Positions 41,901-50,987 of a stretch of 64,000 nt of DNA are shown here, piece after piece. Origin of the DNA: an uncultured Verrucomicrobiae bacterium (GTDB lineage Bacteria > Verrucomicrobiota > Verrucomicrobiia > Limisphaerales > Palsa-1400). The stretch covers positions 96,001 through 160,000 of the forward strand of contig CAVPOM010000014.1 of the NCBI GenBank assembly GCA_963707025.1, in the 5' to 3' direction. A model generated the notes under the pieces. It saw only the letters and a list, made by a program, of their open reading frames with translations, was not told the origin of the DNA and did no database searches. The translations under genes were made by a program, and so were the position numbers. Each line of letters opens with the position of its first letter. Positions within the stretch are counted from its first letter, which is position 1.

Positions 41901-43187
41901 GCCCGAACCGATGCTCGCGATAGGAAAAGGCGCGACGTTCACGAAAGCATCCGCGCTCATCTGATAATCATCAAACGTCACCGTCTGCAAGTCGCTCGAG
42001 TAGTAATCTATCCCGTCCACCGCCGATGGCGTCAAAAATGTCAAACTTGTGCTCGTCGCCGTGATGTTGGTTGACATGACAAAGTAGTTGGTGCTGGAGG
42101 TGCCCGAGTTGGTCGAGATCAACACGGGCAACTGCCCGAGAGGTCCGGGATCGGGATAATTGGTGTTGCAGATGTTGGTCCGAGAGATGACAGGAAAGGA
42201 GCCGGTGACGTTGCTCACGATGGTCTGGCTGAATAACACGACGTTGTACCTGGCCGTTAACCCGAAGACATCGTATGCCAGAGTGAAGACAAAGTTGGTG
42301 TTAAAGATGCTGATATTGGTGCTGGGTCCTGGCAGCGGGTTGCCATTCACGTCTGACGGTCCTATGTAGATGTTCGTGACCCACGCGTTGGTGGTGTAAG
42401 TGTTCTGGTAGAGGTCGTTGGTCGGCACCATATCCACCTGCATGCGGCCGTTGTAGGCGGTCATTCGATTGATCGTAACCCGGCCCTGGCCGGTGTTGGC
42501 CGTGGTGCCCAGGTTCGTGAATGTGCCCGGGTTCAACGACGCAGCCGTGCCCAAGAGAACATTGTCCTCATACCCAAAGTCATAAAGGTTGGTGGCAAAA
42601 GAGAAAACACCCGCCGCCACCGCCGGATGCCAGTTGAGCACGATGTAGCCTTCATTGGTCACTCCGCCCACAATTTTGCCCTCCAACTGGATCAAATAGG
42701 TGGTGCCGGGCACGGCCAGGAAATTAACCCGGCTCACTCCGGTCTGCCCGAGGACCGGGCCATTGGGATCGTCATCGTTGCTCGCCACTTTGGTCAGGTT
42801 GCCGTATATCAGCGGGCTGGTGGGTCGCAGCAGGCTATAGACCGCCATCACCGTGTCCAGGGTGTTGCCGTAGGGATCGGTGCTGTTGCGCGTGTCGAAA
42901 GCCATGTAGTTGCTCATCGGCGCCGTCCAGAGATACCAGATGCTGGCCCCGGAGTTTACCCCCGCCACCGGCGCTCGTTCCCCCAACTCGGTGGTGCCCC
43001 GCTGGTTGTTCCCCGTCACCGTCCCGGACACCCCGAGGATGGGCTGGGCGTTGGTCAAATTGTCGTTGCTCGGCGGAAGCTGCAGCGGCTGGGCGTGGAG
43101 GTCAGCCAGGCCGCCAAAAAAGCCCGCCAGCAACCACAACGGCGCCAGGATCCTCCCTGCTCGCCTCAGATTGGTTTTATTTCGCAT
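32937..43187 (-). CDS. 3416-aa exported adhesin-like protein: PPC-like, delta-60 repeats, Calx-beta repeats, P-domain, DUF11
   Basis: Signal peptide; SNDD PPC-like domain; two blocks of QPDGK..GG.F...RLN.DGSLD.SF repeats; many T.DGTA..G.DY....GTL.F repeats. Confidence 0.92.
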   Translation of the reverse strand: MRNKTNLRRAGRILAPLWLLAGFFGGLADLHAQPLQLPPSNDNLTNAQPILGVSGTVTGNNQRGTTELGERAPVAGVNSGASIWYLWTAPMSNYMAFDTRNSTDPYGNTLDTVMAVYSLLRPTSPLIYGNLTKVASNDDDPNGPVLGQTGVSRVNFLAVPGTTYLIQLEGKIVGGVTNEGYIVLNWHPAVAAGVFSFATNLYDFGYEDNVLLGTAASLNPGTFTNLGTTANTGQGRVTINRMTAYNGRMQVDMVPTNDLYQNTYTTNAWVTNIYIGPSDVNGNPLPGPSTNISIFNTNFVFTLAYDVFGLTARYNVVLFSQTIVSNVTGSFPVISRTNICNTNYPDPGPLGQLPVLISTNSGTSSTNYFVMSTNITATSTSLTFLTPSAVDGIDYYSSDLQTVTFDDYQMSADAFVNVAPFPIASIGSGGPDWPDILGNLVAPGIPRRVILSLANPRLDPLESLDVAVPTLAPNEVAPDGTGAMAGGGFRAGNTGVAVMSIHDFYNIQPGAVLGLPDTCTNYDAINFENRVYRFPKSAQQTTNDFPIPAVGVTVWRWGPGDHSTTLNYTVNGLTGNPQAWALPTTQELGADFAIGEKILPAPQPPGNFATLENDDFRAPYGPTGSGSITIPPVPGGGQGGVGVGISIPVNNNGAVEFDREIQITLSKPSGGDPRDIIGNVGSCSVIIQYDANLTDIHGVHTQQQPGGAADRSWNMENVANSYPPFNSLPGADQEVLAVAVQQDGKAVIGGHFVSYDATNFNYLVRTLTNGLPDFTFDSGIGIIGPNDFVSAVAIDAVGRILIGGKFTSFNGVTANHVARLNNDGSLDTSFNTGRGADGTVWALALDPNGNVLIGGDFLTYDSTNRVHVARLFGSGPHAGSLDTSFDPGAGTDENFDGVSVRAVASDSLGDVVIGGAFSTVEGTNWPGLARLTPSGALDTNFNPGTDVNGTVYGVAVQSPGNQIVIGGSFSQVHLTNLPCMARLNYDGSVDNSFSPGAGANGPVYCVSIQPDQKILVGGQFTSVGSVRRVGYARLLPNGWVDTSFMDVAYNQFAGVINHYYNVNAVNPNDLPLPAGYNSPNYVNAMAYQPLNQNVLIGGSFVRVGGGFTRDDVRVRWNVASVIGPPTLGPQGTNVLPFNAITGAPVNPNPGPVAGNPPNYPGNVGFTQSTYSANDTAPSTFISVVRTNGALGPVNIVMATNTLPPGPGAAGNIDFGLINNGIAQYPHSFLSVVSEAAGPITTPGYGYDTADGAYGPNNVTILGGGVVPVQLTIFDNKAAQQNLFADLSLLSINDYDTFNLGGMNIPMLPAPALTLAGLEIINDNFPAGTLGFSATNYNVTESGGFVTITVLRTNGSYGSVSVGCKTQNGYTNDPNVQTAVAGVDYNPITTNLNFADEAVSASFQVQIFNHSTLQSNKFFNVILFSPTHGAGFDTNNPPILVTNSVVTIVDDHFQPGHLSFTSAGYSVTKGGTAQVGIERTAGALGLLSVQCLTTDGTGSNGINYTTVSNLLTWTNGDVAVKTVSIPTIEDHVVEGAKTFNVYLTNAVVANYGTGAPTNSLVLLYPTNVPVTIVDDDFYGQLNFAPTNINVLQNAGQAIVTVTRRGGTVGTISVNYATANGSGLIPPFQPALAGTNYGATNGTLIFGDGVTSQTFTVPILYTPSETNAANRVISLTLSNPNPAAITNGNPFPKSGTITILDNQLVTGSPGSVDTTLLTGSGFNNVVNSLSLQPDGKLLAGGLFTFANQIPLSEVARLNADGSVDTGFLYLQAGSDGLVQVVLSQTPDAGQTNGAIMVAGNFAHFDNIPFNNIARLNLDGSLDTTFNPGAGADNTIYAVVETFLAPATNNGPPVRAYLIGGGFANFNGVQRSGVARLTSAGQVDLNFNPGNGVTSTNGAVHALAVQADGKVIVGGDFISFNNGNYHHLVRLNLDGSVDLTFNADTGGTVLGSVHAIAIQPDGRIVVGGVFTNVNGASLNHIARLNTDGSLDQSFNVGVGANNTVETLAIDSQERILAGGQFTRASGVTRNGLTRLNADGSVDPTINFGSGANGYVHAIAIQANDEINVGGSFTSFGGYVQNNFTRLFGGEIFGPGSLSFTGPLYGAVQNQTNALITVERTGGTAGVAGNPVVSALFTTADGTALNGVDYTAVSSTVSFPIGETFTNVLVPVINNGVVGGNRYFNVNLSEPLGVSLGFQSSAQVIITNANSAVAFSSASYRQSENAAGGAAVIPVVRIGNPITTLTVTAFTGTNGTATPGVNYFPASNVLVFPPGVVTNLWVIGLSNNTSMLSDQTVDLELTNPTNGFLTTPSSATLTIATVYAGPGVVSFDQPSYTVGEAASNAVINLIRTNGVTGPISVVFATSNGTATAGVNYGQVVQTNFFSDGQTSQSITIPIYQLTNAVPDSTVFLTLSDPVGTTIGGSSVETLTIVNDIQDFTMASADYFVSEASGSVTVSILRNGPTNGTISVGYTTVSPTNAAGTNGYAIPGLNYGPTNGVLTFAPGQTFETVPIAIFQQKTVDAPESFEVVLTNASPGTQIGSPGASVVTIIGDVTGFALATNAYITGENGSNVVVTVNRLNVNTGTVLVSYATSDGTAVAGVDYAATNGVLTFADGQASTNVTLTILNPGVLENTKTFNFALANPVSTISTNIYLLSPSNAVISITNTVTAMSFSSAAYAVNEKGVQVQITVVVSGVTNTNTSVQFATADGTGKAGVNYFATNGTLNFAPGVTSQSFAVDVIDDHIITADHTVILSLSNPQGAGAIPPVLSPPSTAVLTIQEGDGSYVIAAGTALVYESFQPTNGLIDPGETVTVDFGLRCISGGNTTNLVATLQASSAVTPGVGSSHNYGVLIQGGHAVSQPFTFTANGSNNQVIAAVFQLQDGPRDLATAVFSFTLGTTTTTFANTNLIAVPAANFVPTPAEGPAGPYPSVIPVGGLAGNVGKVTVAFSNLTHSLPSDIMMVLVSPVTNVLLMNAVGGGNGLGVTNFSLTFDDAAPAYLSSNQLVNNISATNKPTPYINEYIDINGTYSNVTLFVGNNWGILPVMPPPAPANPYPTNLSVFSGTAADGTWSLYVADTKTLDYGWISNGWSLNLSTGNPVPSYTDLELSVTAAPVLATVGNNLIYTVGLTNYGPAGASGVFITNILPAGLTYLSNNFPGTVVNNNGVLTFAVNALAVGTGVSFEVAVVPNAAALETNTFIAISGQLEPSTNNVTNVVSSISQPSADLGVTISATPNPVTAGDFATITLVATNNGPSLAFGTTVTNYLPEGLVLTGHSASLGSVASAGGTNTWSVGSLAPFADATLTLTAMATNAGGGTVLDTVVVGSLAYDPIKLNNFASFKIVINPAPTLSIVSSAMANTFTWPVAATNYMLQGATNLTPPIVWVTVTNPAPSIVNGQYSVTVPTNSLHFFKLTTPF

Positions 43188-43271
43188 AAAATCGCACTCT
43201 CATCTCTGTCTTTCTCGCTCTTGACTCAATGCCCCTCCCGCCCGCCGCCTCTTCTCTTTCTCCTTGGGGAT

Positions 43272-43646
43272 GAGGGCGAACAACCCCCAATCCCCATTCT
43301 CACATCCCTCTTCCCCCTCTCCCTGGAGGAGAGGGCGAACAACCCCCAATCCCCATTCTCACATCCCTCTTCTCCCTCTCCCTGGGGGAGAGGGCGAACA
43401 ACCCCCAATCCCCATTCTCACATCCCTCTTCCCCCTCTCCCTGGAGGAGAGGGCGAACAACCCCCAATCCCCATTCTCACATCCCTCTTCCCCCTCTCCC
43501 TGGAGGAGAGGGCGAACAACCCCCAATCCCCGTTCTCACATCCCTCTTCTCCCTCTCCCTGGAGGAGAGGGAGAACAACCCCCAATCCCCATTCTCACAT
43601 CCCTCTTCTCCCTCTCCCTGGGGGAGAGGGCCGGGGTGAGGGCGAA
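43272..43646. repeat. Tandem array of six 59-bp units ending in a boxC-like palindrome
   Basis: Units start at 43272, 43331, 43390, 43449, 43508 and 43567; each has a CCCTCTCC-loop-GGAGAGGG hairpin; ends CCCTCTCCCTGGGGGAGAGGGCCGGGGTGAGGG. Confidence 0.95.
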
Positions 43647-43708
43647 CCATCCCCCATTCCCATTCTCCGATTCAATGGCTCTTCATTCTTCATCCCTGTT
43701 CCCCCGGC

Positions 43709-46700
43709 TTAATGTCCCTGCAACAACACCCCGCCGCTCTGGTTGGTCCCCAGGAAAAACCCGCGCGCCACTCCCTGCTCCTGCAACACCACTCCCGCCC
43801 CCGTCGCTTTCTTGCCCGTGCCGGGCGCGACATACTGGAAGGTAAAACCTCCGGTGCTCGCGTTGATGGTCAGCGTCAAACTCTTGTCCGCCGATACATA
43901 GTTCTCCAACCCGCTCGCGCTCACCGCCTCGATGACCTCCAGCGGCAGATTCCCCCCGCTCAGGGTGACGGTCGGGCTGTTCAACGCCAGCCCGTTGGTT
44001 TTTTGAAACGCCGCCGAATATGTGCTGCCCAGCAATACCGCGCTGCTGGCAAAGCCGTTGCTATAATAAGTTCCCGGCCCAGCCTGCCTGGCCCACGCCA
44101 CCGTTCCGCTCAACGTCCCGTTGGTCGTGTCAAAGCCCACCCAGCCCAGCACCGGCTGCGGGACTCCCGCCGGGGTGAAGTACAGCGGCCATTGCCCGCC
44201 TTTCGATACGGGAACCGCCTGGCTGAAACTCACGTTATCGGCCAGTGTGCCGGCCGCCGTCAAATTGCCCAGCGCGTCCACCTTCACCGTGCCGTAACCG
44301 TCGCCGCCGGGGCTGAGGGCGGCGTTCGGATTGCCGGGCAACACCAGCGTGTAACTCCCGGCTTGCGGCGCCGGCTTGGCCGCCGTCCACTCCGGCGCAT
44401 GGTAAGCCGTCAAGGTGGCGTCAAACTCCGCGTTGCTCACGCTGCCCGTGGCCAGGCCGGGCGGCTCCGAATTGTCCACCTCCAGGGCCACGGCCAGGAC
44501 CTTGCCCCCATTGGTGGCCGACAGCCTGGCCACACCGGCCATGTTGAACTGGGAACTGAATGGATAATTGGTCGTCCCGAAAAGCAATTTGCCGGAGAAA
44601 ACTCCGTTGCTTTTCAAGGTCAGCGTCACGGAGCCGGAGTTGTTGCCGCCCACGACCGCGTTGGTCGGATAGAACAGCCCGTTATACACTCCCGCCAGCC
44701 CGATGAACGGGTTGGTGATGAAATTGGCTGTCAAAAATGCAAAAACATTGGTCGGCGTTCGAAACGAAATGGTCTGCTGGCTGGAAACCACCGCGCCGGA
44801 CCAGCCCAGAAACAGCCAGCCGGCCGCGGGCATCGCGGTCAGGGTGTTGCTTTGCCCAACAGTCACCCCTTTCTGCGTCAAATTCGGCGTGATGATCCCC
44901 TGCCCAGTCGTCCAAAGGACAAAGGTTTGCCCGCTCACGCCATTGGCCACCGGCAGCGTCTCCGTCCCAGTCACCAGCGTCGGGCACGGGATCGGCCCGA
45001 CGCTCGGGTTGTTCAACGGATACGGGCTGTTGACATTCAGCACGCCATCGCCGGCCGAGGAAATGCTCGCGCTGGATCGCAGCGCCGCATTCATCAGACA
45101 GTTGCTCCCCCCCAGATAGGCCACATTGGTCGTGCTGTTCGGCCCGGCGAACTGCGGCACCCACACGATGTTGGAATAAACCTGGTGCAACTTCCCCGGG
45201 TCCACGTTGGCGTTGGCAAAATAAATCGTGAAATTCGGATCCACCAGCAGCCCGTTGTGGTAATCGCTGAACGACAAGTCCTGCAAATCCAGATAATCCA
45301 CATACAACGCGTTCTTCTTCCCCGCCGCGCTGAACTGCAAGGTGGCATCGGTCGTCCGATCCAATATCAAATGCCCGATCACCACGTTGTTGAAAAACCC
45401 GGCCACTGTCGCCCCAAGGTCCTGTCCCGCCCACACATGTTGCACCCTCTGGCCGGGCACGGCCGCGATGGTCTTGAGCTGCGTCCCAAACAAGTCCCCG
45501 CTCGCCGGCTTGACCGGCAGCGAGAATCCGCCCGTCACCTGCCAGACGTTGGTGGCATAGGCGTTGGTCGAAGCCGTGTTGGGAAGGTGGTCGGTCAACT
45601 CGCCGCTGGCATAAAGGACCAACTGCCCATAGCCGGACTGCCCGGCCAGAATGGTGGAATTGGTCACCTGGATGGAGGTGGAAGTCAGGTTCACGTTGCC
45701 GTCGGCCTGCAGGGTGTTGGTCAGAACCCAGTCCTCCCGCCCCCAGGTAATCGGTCATGGCGTTGAGCGTAATCGAACCGTTGTTGGTGGATAGGATGCG
45801 GCCGCCATTGGCAAAAATCTGCGATTGCCACTCGATCGTTCCCGAATTGACTGCACCCAGGTTGGTCGTGGTCAGCAGCGGGGTGTTCAGCCTGGTCGGA
45901 TTGACCGTGCTGGCGCCGAGCACGAAGCCGACATCAATATAGTCGTCCGCCGTGAGCGAACCGCCGCTCCCGATGAGCAAATTCTTCAAGCCCGGCAGAT
46001 TGGTCGTCCGCAGTATGCTGGCGGCCCCGGTTAAATGAACGCTGCCATTGAGGGTCAGATTGCTCGCCTGAAAAAGCGCTCTCCCCATCACCCGCAAAGG
46101 GTCATCCACCACCACATTGCTCCCGCGCAAGGCCACGTTCAAGCCCGTCGTCTGGAAGGTGTCCCGCAAGTCCTGGTCCACGATCAGCACATGATATACA
46201 AAAGTGTTGGTCACCCGGTTGGTGGTGCCCGTGCCGGTGTTGGTCTGGAGATTGGACCAATCGGCCGTATAGGCCGCAATATCCCCGCGCAGCCGGTGGA
46301 AGGTGCCCGGGAAAAGATTGCTCACCAGCAGCGAGCTGCGCGGATTGCCCAAATCCACGTTCATGTTGCCAAAATCAACCGCCGCCGGCCCGCCCAAAAA
46401 GTTGGTCGCATTCATCTTGACAAAGCCGTTCGCCCGCATCCTCAGATTCGTCACGTTATTGGTCTTGCTGGCGTTGATTTCAATCCGCCCAGGCTCGTTG
46501 GTGATGTCCGGCATCCCCGTCTGGCTGTGCCCCAGAATAGTGGCCGTGTAATCGAACAACCCATCCGCCTGTTCCGGATTCCGGCCCACCTGCGCGCAAT
46601 AGAACGAATTGGTCATCGGCACGGTGATGCTTGAAAATATCCCCGCCGTATAAAGCACCGTCGGATCAAAAATGTCGTCGGCGGCAACTCCCGCCAGCCA

Positions 46701-48095
46701 CTCCGCCGGCTGGTTGCGCGTGATCTCAAAACCAAGCGGTTTGGCATAGCCCGGCCCCGCATAAACGCTGTTGGTGGCGTAAAAACCCGGCACCTCAATC
46801 GCCGAGTTGTCCAAAAAATAAATGGAATTGGTCACCGTCTGGCCGGTCATCACGTCCAGCACCGGCGCGCTAAACTTGATCATCGGCTCAAGCTGGAACT
46901 CGTCGCCCGGATAGATGGTCGGCTCATCCAGCAAAATATTGGTCCCTAACCCACCGTAGCGCACCTCCACGCTGATGTTCGTATCGGCAAAGGCGGTGTT
47001 GACAAAGACGATGGTGTAGTAATTGGTTTCTGTGGCGTTGGCGTTGGTGGACGAAAGGATACCTTCCGAATAGACAAACGACTGAAAATTCGGCGCGACC
47101 GGAGGCGTCGTCACGGTCGGAGTGTAGCCTTTTATCGGTATGAACGGCGTGCTCATCGGGAAAATCTCACCAGGAGGAACCCAGGTTCCAGGGGTGGCCA
47201 CAATTTCCCCTTCCACGGTTTCGTTTCGCGTGCCTCCTTGCCAGCTTCCGTTATTGCCGATAAACGGGAACAACGTCTCCACTACCGGCGGCAGTCCTTC
47301 TAAAGGCAGCTCCAGGGTGGTTTGCACCTCCTCCACGTCACCCAGCTCGCTGGCCCCGTTGGTCAAGCTCCAGTAGATGTCATACACTTCCGCCGGGGGG
47401 GAAAAGAACCCATAAATCGCCAGGGCGCCGGTTGAGTACCCCACCGTAACTCCCCGCGCCGCGGTCGCGTTGGTGTCCAGTTCCGAAATGATCCCGGCCT
47501 CCAAACCGCCGCCGCTCAGATTGATGCTCGCCCCGTTCAACGTCAGCACCCCCAAGTCCCCCACCGACATCAGCCCGCTATTGCTGATGTTCGTGGCCGA
47601 TACCTCAATGGCCGATGGAAACGGCGTGTTGGTGCCCGGACCGCCCGCGATCAGCAAGGGGATGGTTCCACCCACCCACAGACGCGCCCCTCCGCTGCCC
47701 GGCGGTTGCGAAGGCACCGTAAACGCGTAGCTCCCCCCCAACGCAAAAAAAGCCACCGGCGGCGCGTCCAACCCGGTTATCATCCCGCGGTTATTGAAGC
47801 TCGAGGCGGCATGCACGCTCTTGGCTGTCTCGGTGTTGAAGGTGAACCCCGGCTGGGCCACCATGATGGCCGTGTTGGTGAAATACAACGTGTCCCGCGT
47901 TTGAAACGGCACGCTGTCCACGATGTTGGATCCAATCAAATTGAAATTGACAACGTTTTCATTGATAAACACGACCGCATCAATGTTGGTCCGCGCCGTC
48001 AGCGTCACGTCGTTGATAAAAACCGCGTCCGGCTGCGCCGCCGCCCACCGCCCCATGCCCGCCGCCAGCATTATCAATAAGGTAATTCGTTTCAT
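43709..48095 (-). CDS. ~1460-aa exported beta-rich protein with InlB-B/Flg_new-like repeat and large C-terminal domain; frameshift near 45735
   Basis: Signal MKRITLLIMLAAGMGRWAAA-Q at 48095; protein-like sequence continues as VLTNTLQADGNVNL in ORF 43709..45694; LTAMPAAGWLFLGWSG. Confidence 0.8.
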
Positions 48096-48111
48096 ATCTT
48101 TGCAATCAATG

Positions 48112-49701
48112 CTAGGGGGATTTGCCTCCGGCCGGGCGCGCCCGCAACGCCGCCGCGCCCCCGCCGCCGCCGGCGGCGGCGCCACCGCCGCCCGTCACGG
48201 TCCCTCCCCCTGTGCCTGTGCCCGCCGTCGTGTTGGTGGAGATGATCGGATTGAAGGGCGAGTTGATGGCGGACCCTGGCGGCGGGGTTAACTCAAGGTC
48301 TATCAACCCAGCCAGGCTCGTGCCCAAGGGAAACGCGATCGGCGCGTTGGTGCTGCCGTCATACGACCCAAACTGAAAATAGGGATACAGAAAAAATCCC
48401 GAGCTGGACAAAAACCCCGGGTTCTCATTGTAGTAGATCGGCCCCACATTGTTGAACGTCACCAGCATGCCCCGGGCTGATGACCTCCGAAACCGTTGAG
48501 AGTGGATTGTTGGCCGCCACCGGCGGCGCGATAAACGTATTGCTTCGCGTGTAGGGCTGGTCCTCCGATGCCGCCGGCGTGCCCAGCAGGTTGGCCGAGG
48601 CAAATATGATATCCGGCTGCGTGTTCGTCCGCCAGACCGTCAGGGTCGTCTGCCTGGAATTGGTCAGGATCGGTATGTTGTAGTGAATGACATTGGTGGG
48701 GAAGGCGTAGCCCACCGCCGAATCGTAGGCCACTTTCACAAACATGATCTTCTCCACCCCCCCACCGTGCCGGTCCAGGTGTTATCCAGCACATTGGTCG
48801 CCCCGACGGGGGACCAGGCGGTCGTCAGACCCCCCACCCAGGCGTTGGACGGCATGGCTTCATTGTTGTAATTGTTATGGCGATACAGGTAACGCAAACC
48901 CCCAAAATCATCCCGCGTCAGGCCCAGGTAGAATCCCCCAAGTTGCTGCGCTTCCGCCGTCGCCACCGCGGACGTGGTGGTGGAGATCCCGTTTCCTCCC
49001 GGATCCACACTGGCTTCTTCATACGCATCCGCGATGTCAGGTGTGACACCTATCGTGCAATTATCTATAATATTGTAGGCGTACAGGGTGCCGTTGACGT
49101 AGGTGCTCGGATTCCAGGTGATCGGGTCGTAATTGCGCACCGCCACCTGGTAAGTCGCAATGCACCCGGTGACGACTTGCCGCCCGAACAAATCAAACAC
49201 ATGGGTTTCTCCCAGCAGGCCCATGTGCTCGATCATGATCTGCAGCACGGTGGATTTCAGGTCCAGCATGCTCAGGGCGCGCGCCGTGTAATTGATCTGC
49301 TGGTTGCCCTCCGTCACAAACTCCGACAGATCCGCGCTCGCCCCGGAGACCGTCGGCAATCGGTTCAGGATGGCAAAGGCCGCGTCCACCGCCTTGACCC
49401 CTTCGGTGCCGTAAAAATTCAGAAACGTGTAATCGTAGCCGTAAGTAATGATGGCCGAATTGAGCCGCGAGCCTTCCCCGTAGTTCTTCGGCCCCCCCTG
49501 TTCAACGTAAGGCACATTCCCGGGAACGCTCAGATCTTGATTCAGGCCGCTGACGTTCGGAGAGTAATAATACCGGGTCCCATACGAAAGGCCGGCCGTT
49601 TGAAAAGTTTCCAATGGTCCCCAGATGGTGAAGGCCCAAGCCTGCGGCGCCACGGCCATCCCCAAAAACAGCCCCGACAAAGTTCTCAGATTTCGCAACA
49701 T
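48112..49701 (-). CDS. Exported protein with degenerate matrixin-like fold; two frameshifts (~48760, ~48472)
   Basis: Signal ending AWA-F; three consecutive ORFs join (G7 run at 48757-48763); LDLKSTVLQIMIEHMGL and LTRDDFGGLRYLY. Confidence 0.75.
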
Positions 49702-49736
49702 ATAAGCAACGGGTTAAAAGTTCGACTGCCTCATGG

Positions 49737-50947
49737 TTATGGCATTAACACGTACATCTGCCCAAACAAATCAAAGCCGGTCGCCCCCGCAAAACTGGCC
49801 CACACCACCAGAAAACGATCCAGCCCGTTCCAGGACACATCCGGTTCCAATTGCTGGCTGGCCCAGGTGGTATTGACTTGAAATTCATCCTCCGACACCT
49901 TGTCCCCGCCTAACAGGAACCGGCCATAAACTCCTTCCCGGCTCCCGTCCTCTCCCAGGCTGGTCCAAACCGCCAGGATTCCGCTGGGCGCGCTGGCCAG
50001 CCGGGGATTGTATTGATCCCCATAAAGATAAGTGTTGATTCTGAACGGCGGCACCGTTGGCGCGCCGTGGGCGTTAAAGGCCCGCCCCCACACGTCCCAG
50101 CCGTTGGTCAGAATGGTGTCCTTCTGGCTCCACGCCGCCGTAAAGCCTCCGTTGTTCAACGGCGCCAGGGCTGGCGTGCCACATTTATACGTGCCGGAAT
50201 TGGCCAGAAATTCTCCCGTGACCGGCACCCCGGCGGCCGTAAAGACCCGCGCATATATATCCCGGCTCGTCACAAAACGCTCCCCTTCGGACACCCAGGC
50301 GAAAACGACATCGCCGTTGGCCAGGGCGCACACGGCCGGCTTGCGCTGGTTGCCGATGGTATATTGATTGACCAGAAATTCCTGCGTGCCGGCCAAGGCC
50401 CCGGCCGCCGTCACTTTGCGCGCATACACTCCCCACAAGCTGCCGTCTTGCCCGTAACTGGCCCACACCACCATCGCCCCGCCGTCCGCCAGCGCCGCCG
50501 CCGCCGGTTCCACCTGCTGATCTTTCAGGTAGGTATTGACGCGAATGTCCCCGGTGTAAAAGTTGGCCCTTTGCCCAATCGCGCGAAGATATCCGGAGTG
50601 CCCAGCACTCTGCTCTGCCAGACATATATGGTGTTCCCATTGCGCAGTTCTTTGACCGAGGGCCTGAACTGGTCCCCCGTGGCCGTCTTTTGCACGCTGT
50701 AAATGGACCCGGCGGTATAGCCACCGCCCAATGCCGCGCCGTTAATCCCCAAGCCCTGATTGTAAAACGCCAGCACCCCGCCCGTCGCCGTCAGCGCAAT
50801 GGAGGGGAGAACCTGGTCGCCAGGGCGCGACCCAATGACGCTGAATTCGCTGCCGAGACGGGCGACTCCCTGGCTCCGGCCCACGGTCGCCCCGGCGAGT
50901 AAAAGCACCGTCAAATACACTCCTCGGCATCCGTACAGTATGCTCAT
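49737..50947 (-). CDS. Exported repeat (probable beta-propeller) protein; frameshift near 50568
   Basis: About 7 copies of EF.VN....GDQ..P.V..L..G.....W; adding one G joins ORFs 50525..50947 and 49737..50513. Confidence 0.8.
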
Positions 50948-50958
50948 AAGAAAATTGA

Positions 50959-50987
50959 ATGTTAGCAAGATTTAATGAATTTGTCCA
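50959..50987 (-). promoter_or_regulatory. Putative extended -10 sigma70 promoter heading the surface-protein cluster
   Basis: Minus strand TGGACA-17 nt-TAACAT with TGC immediately before the -10; AT-rich spacer. Confidence 0.65.

Noticed and set aside
43272..43646. CRISPR array
   Set aside because: Units are contiguous and near-identical with no unique spacers; no cas genes in the window
43226..43845. ORFs 43264..43845, 43226..43408 and 42627..43712 crossing the repeat
   Set aside because: The 59-bp period cycles through all frames; the translations are artefacts of a stop-poor repeat
26985..50570. Phase variation or programmed frameshifting at G-runs in the surface genes
   Set aside because: Runs are short (G3-G8) and most breaks are fixed by adding one G, the typical long-read homopolymer error; housekeeping folE2 is also broken. 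The G8 at 31550-31557 still merits a read-level check
26120..50947. Giant proteins as exosortase substrates
   Set aside because: None ends in a PEP motif, TM helix and basic tail; no PEP-CTERM protein was seen in the window
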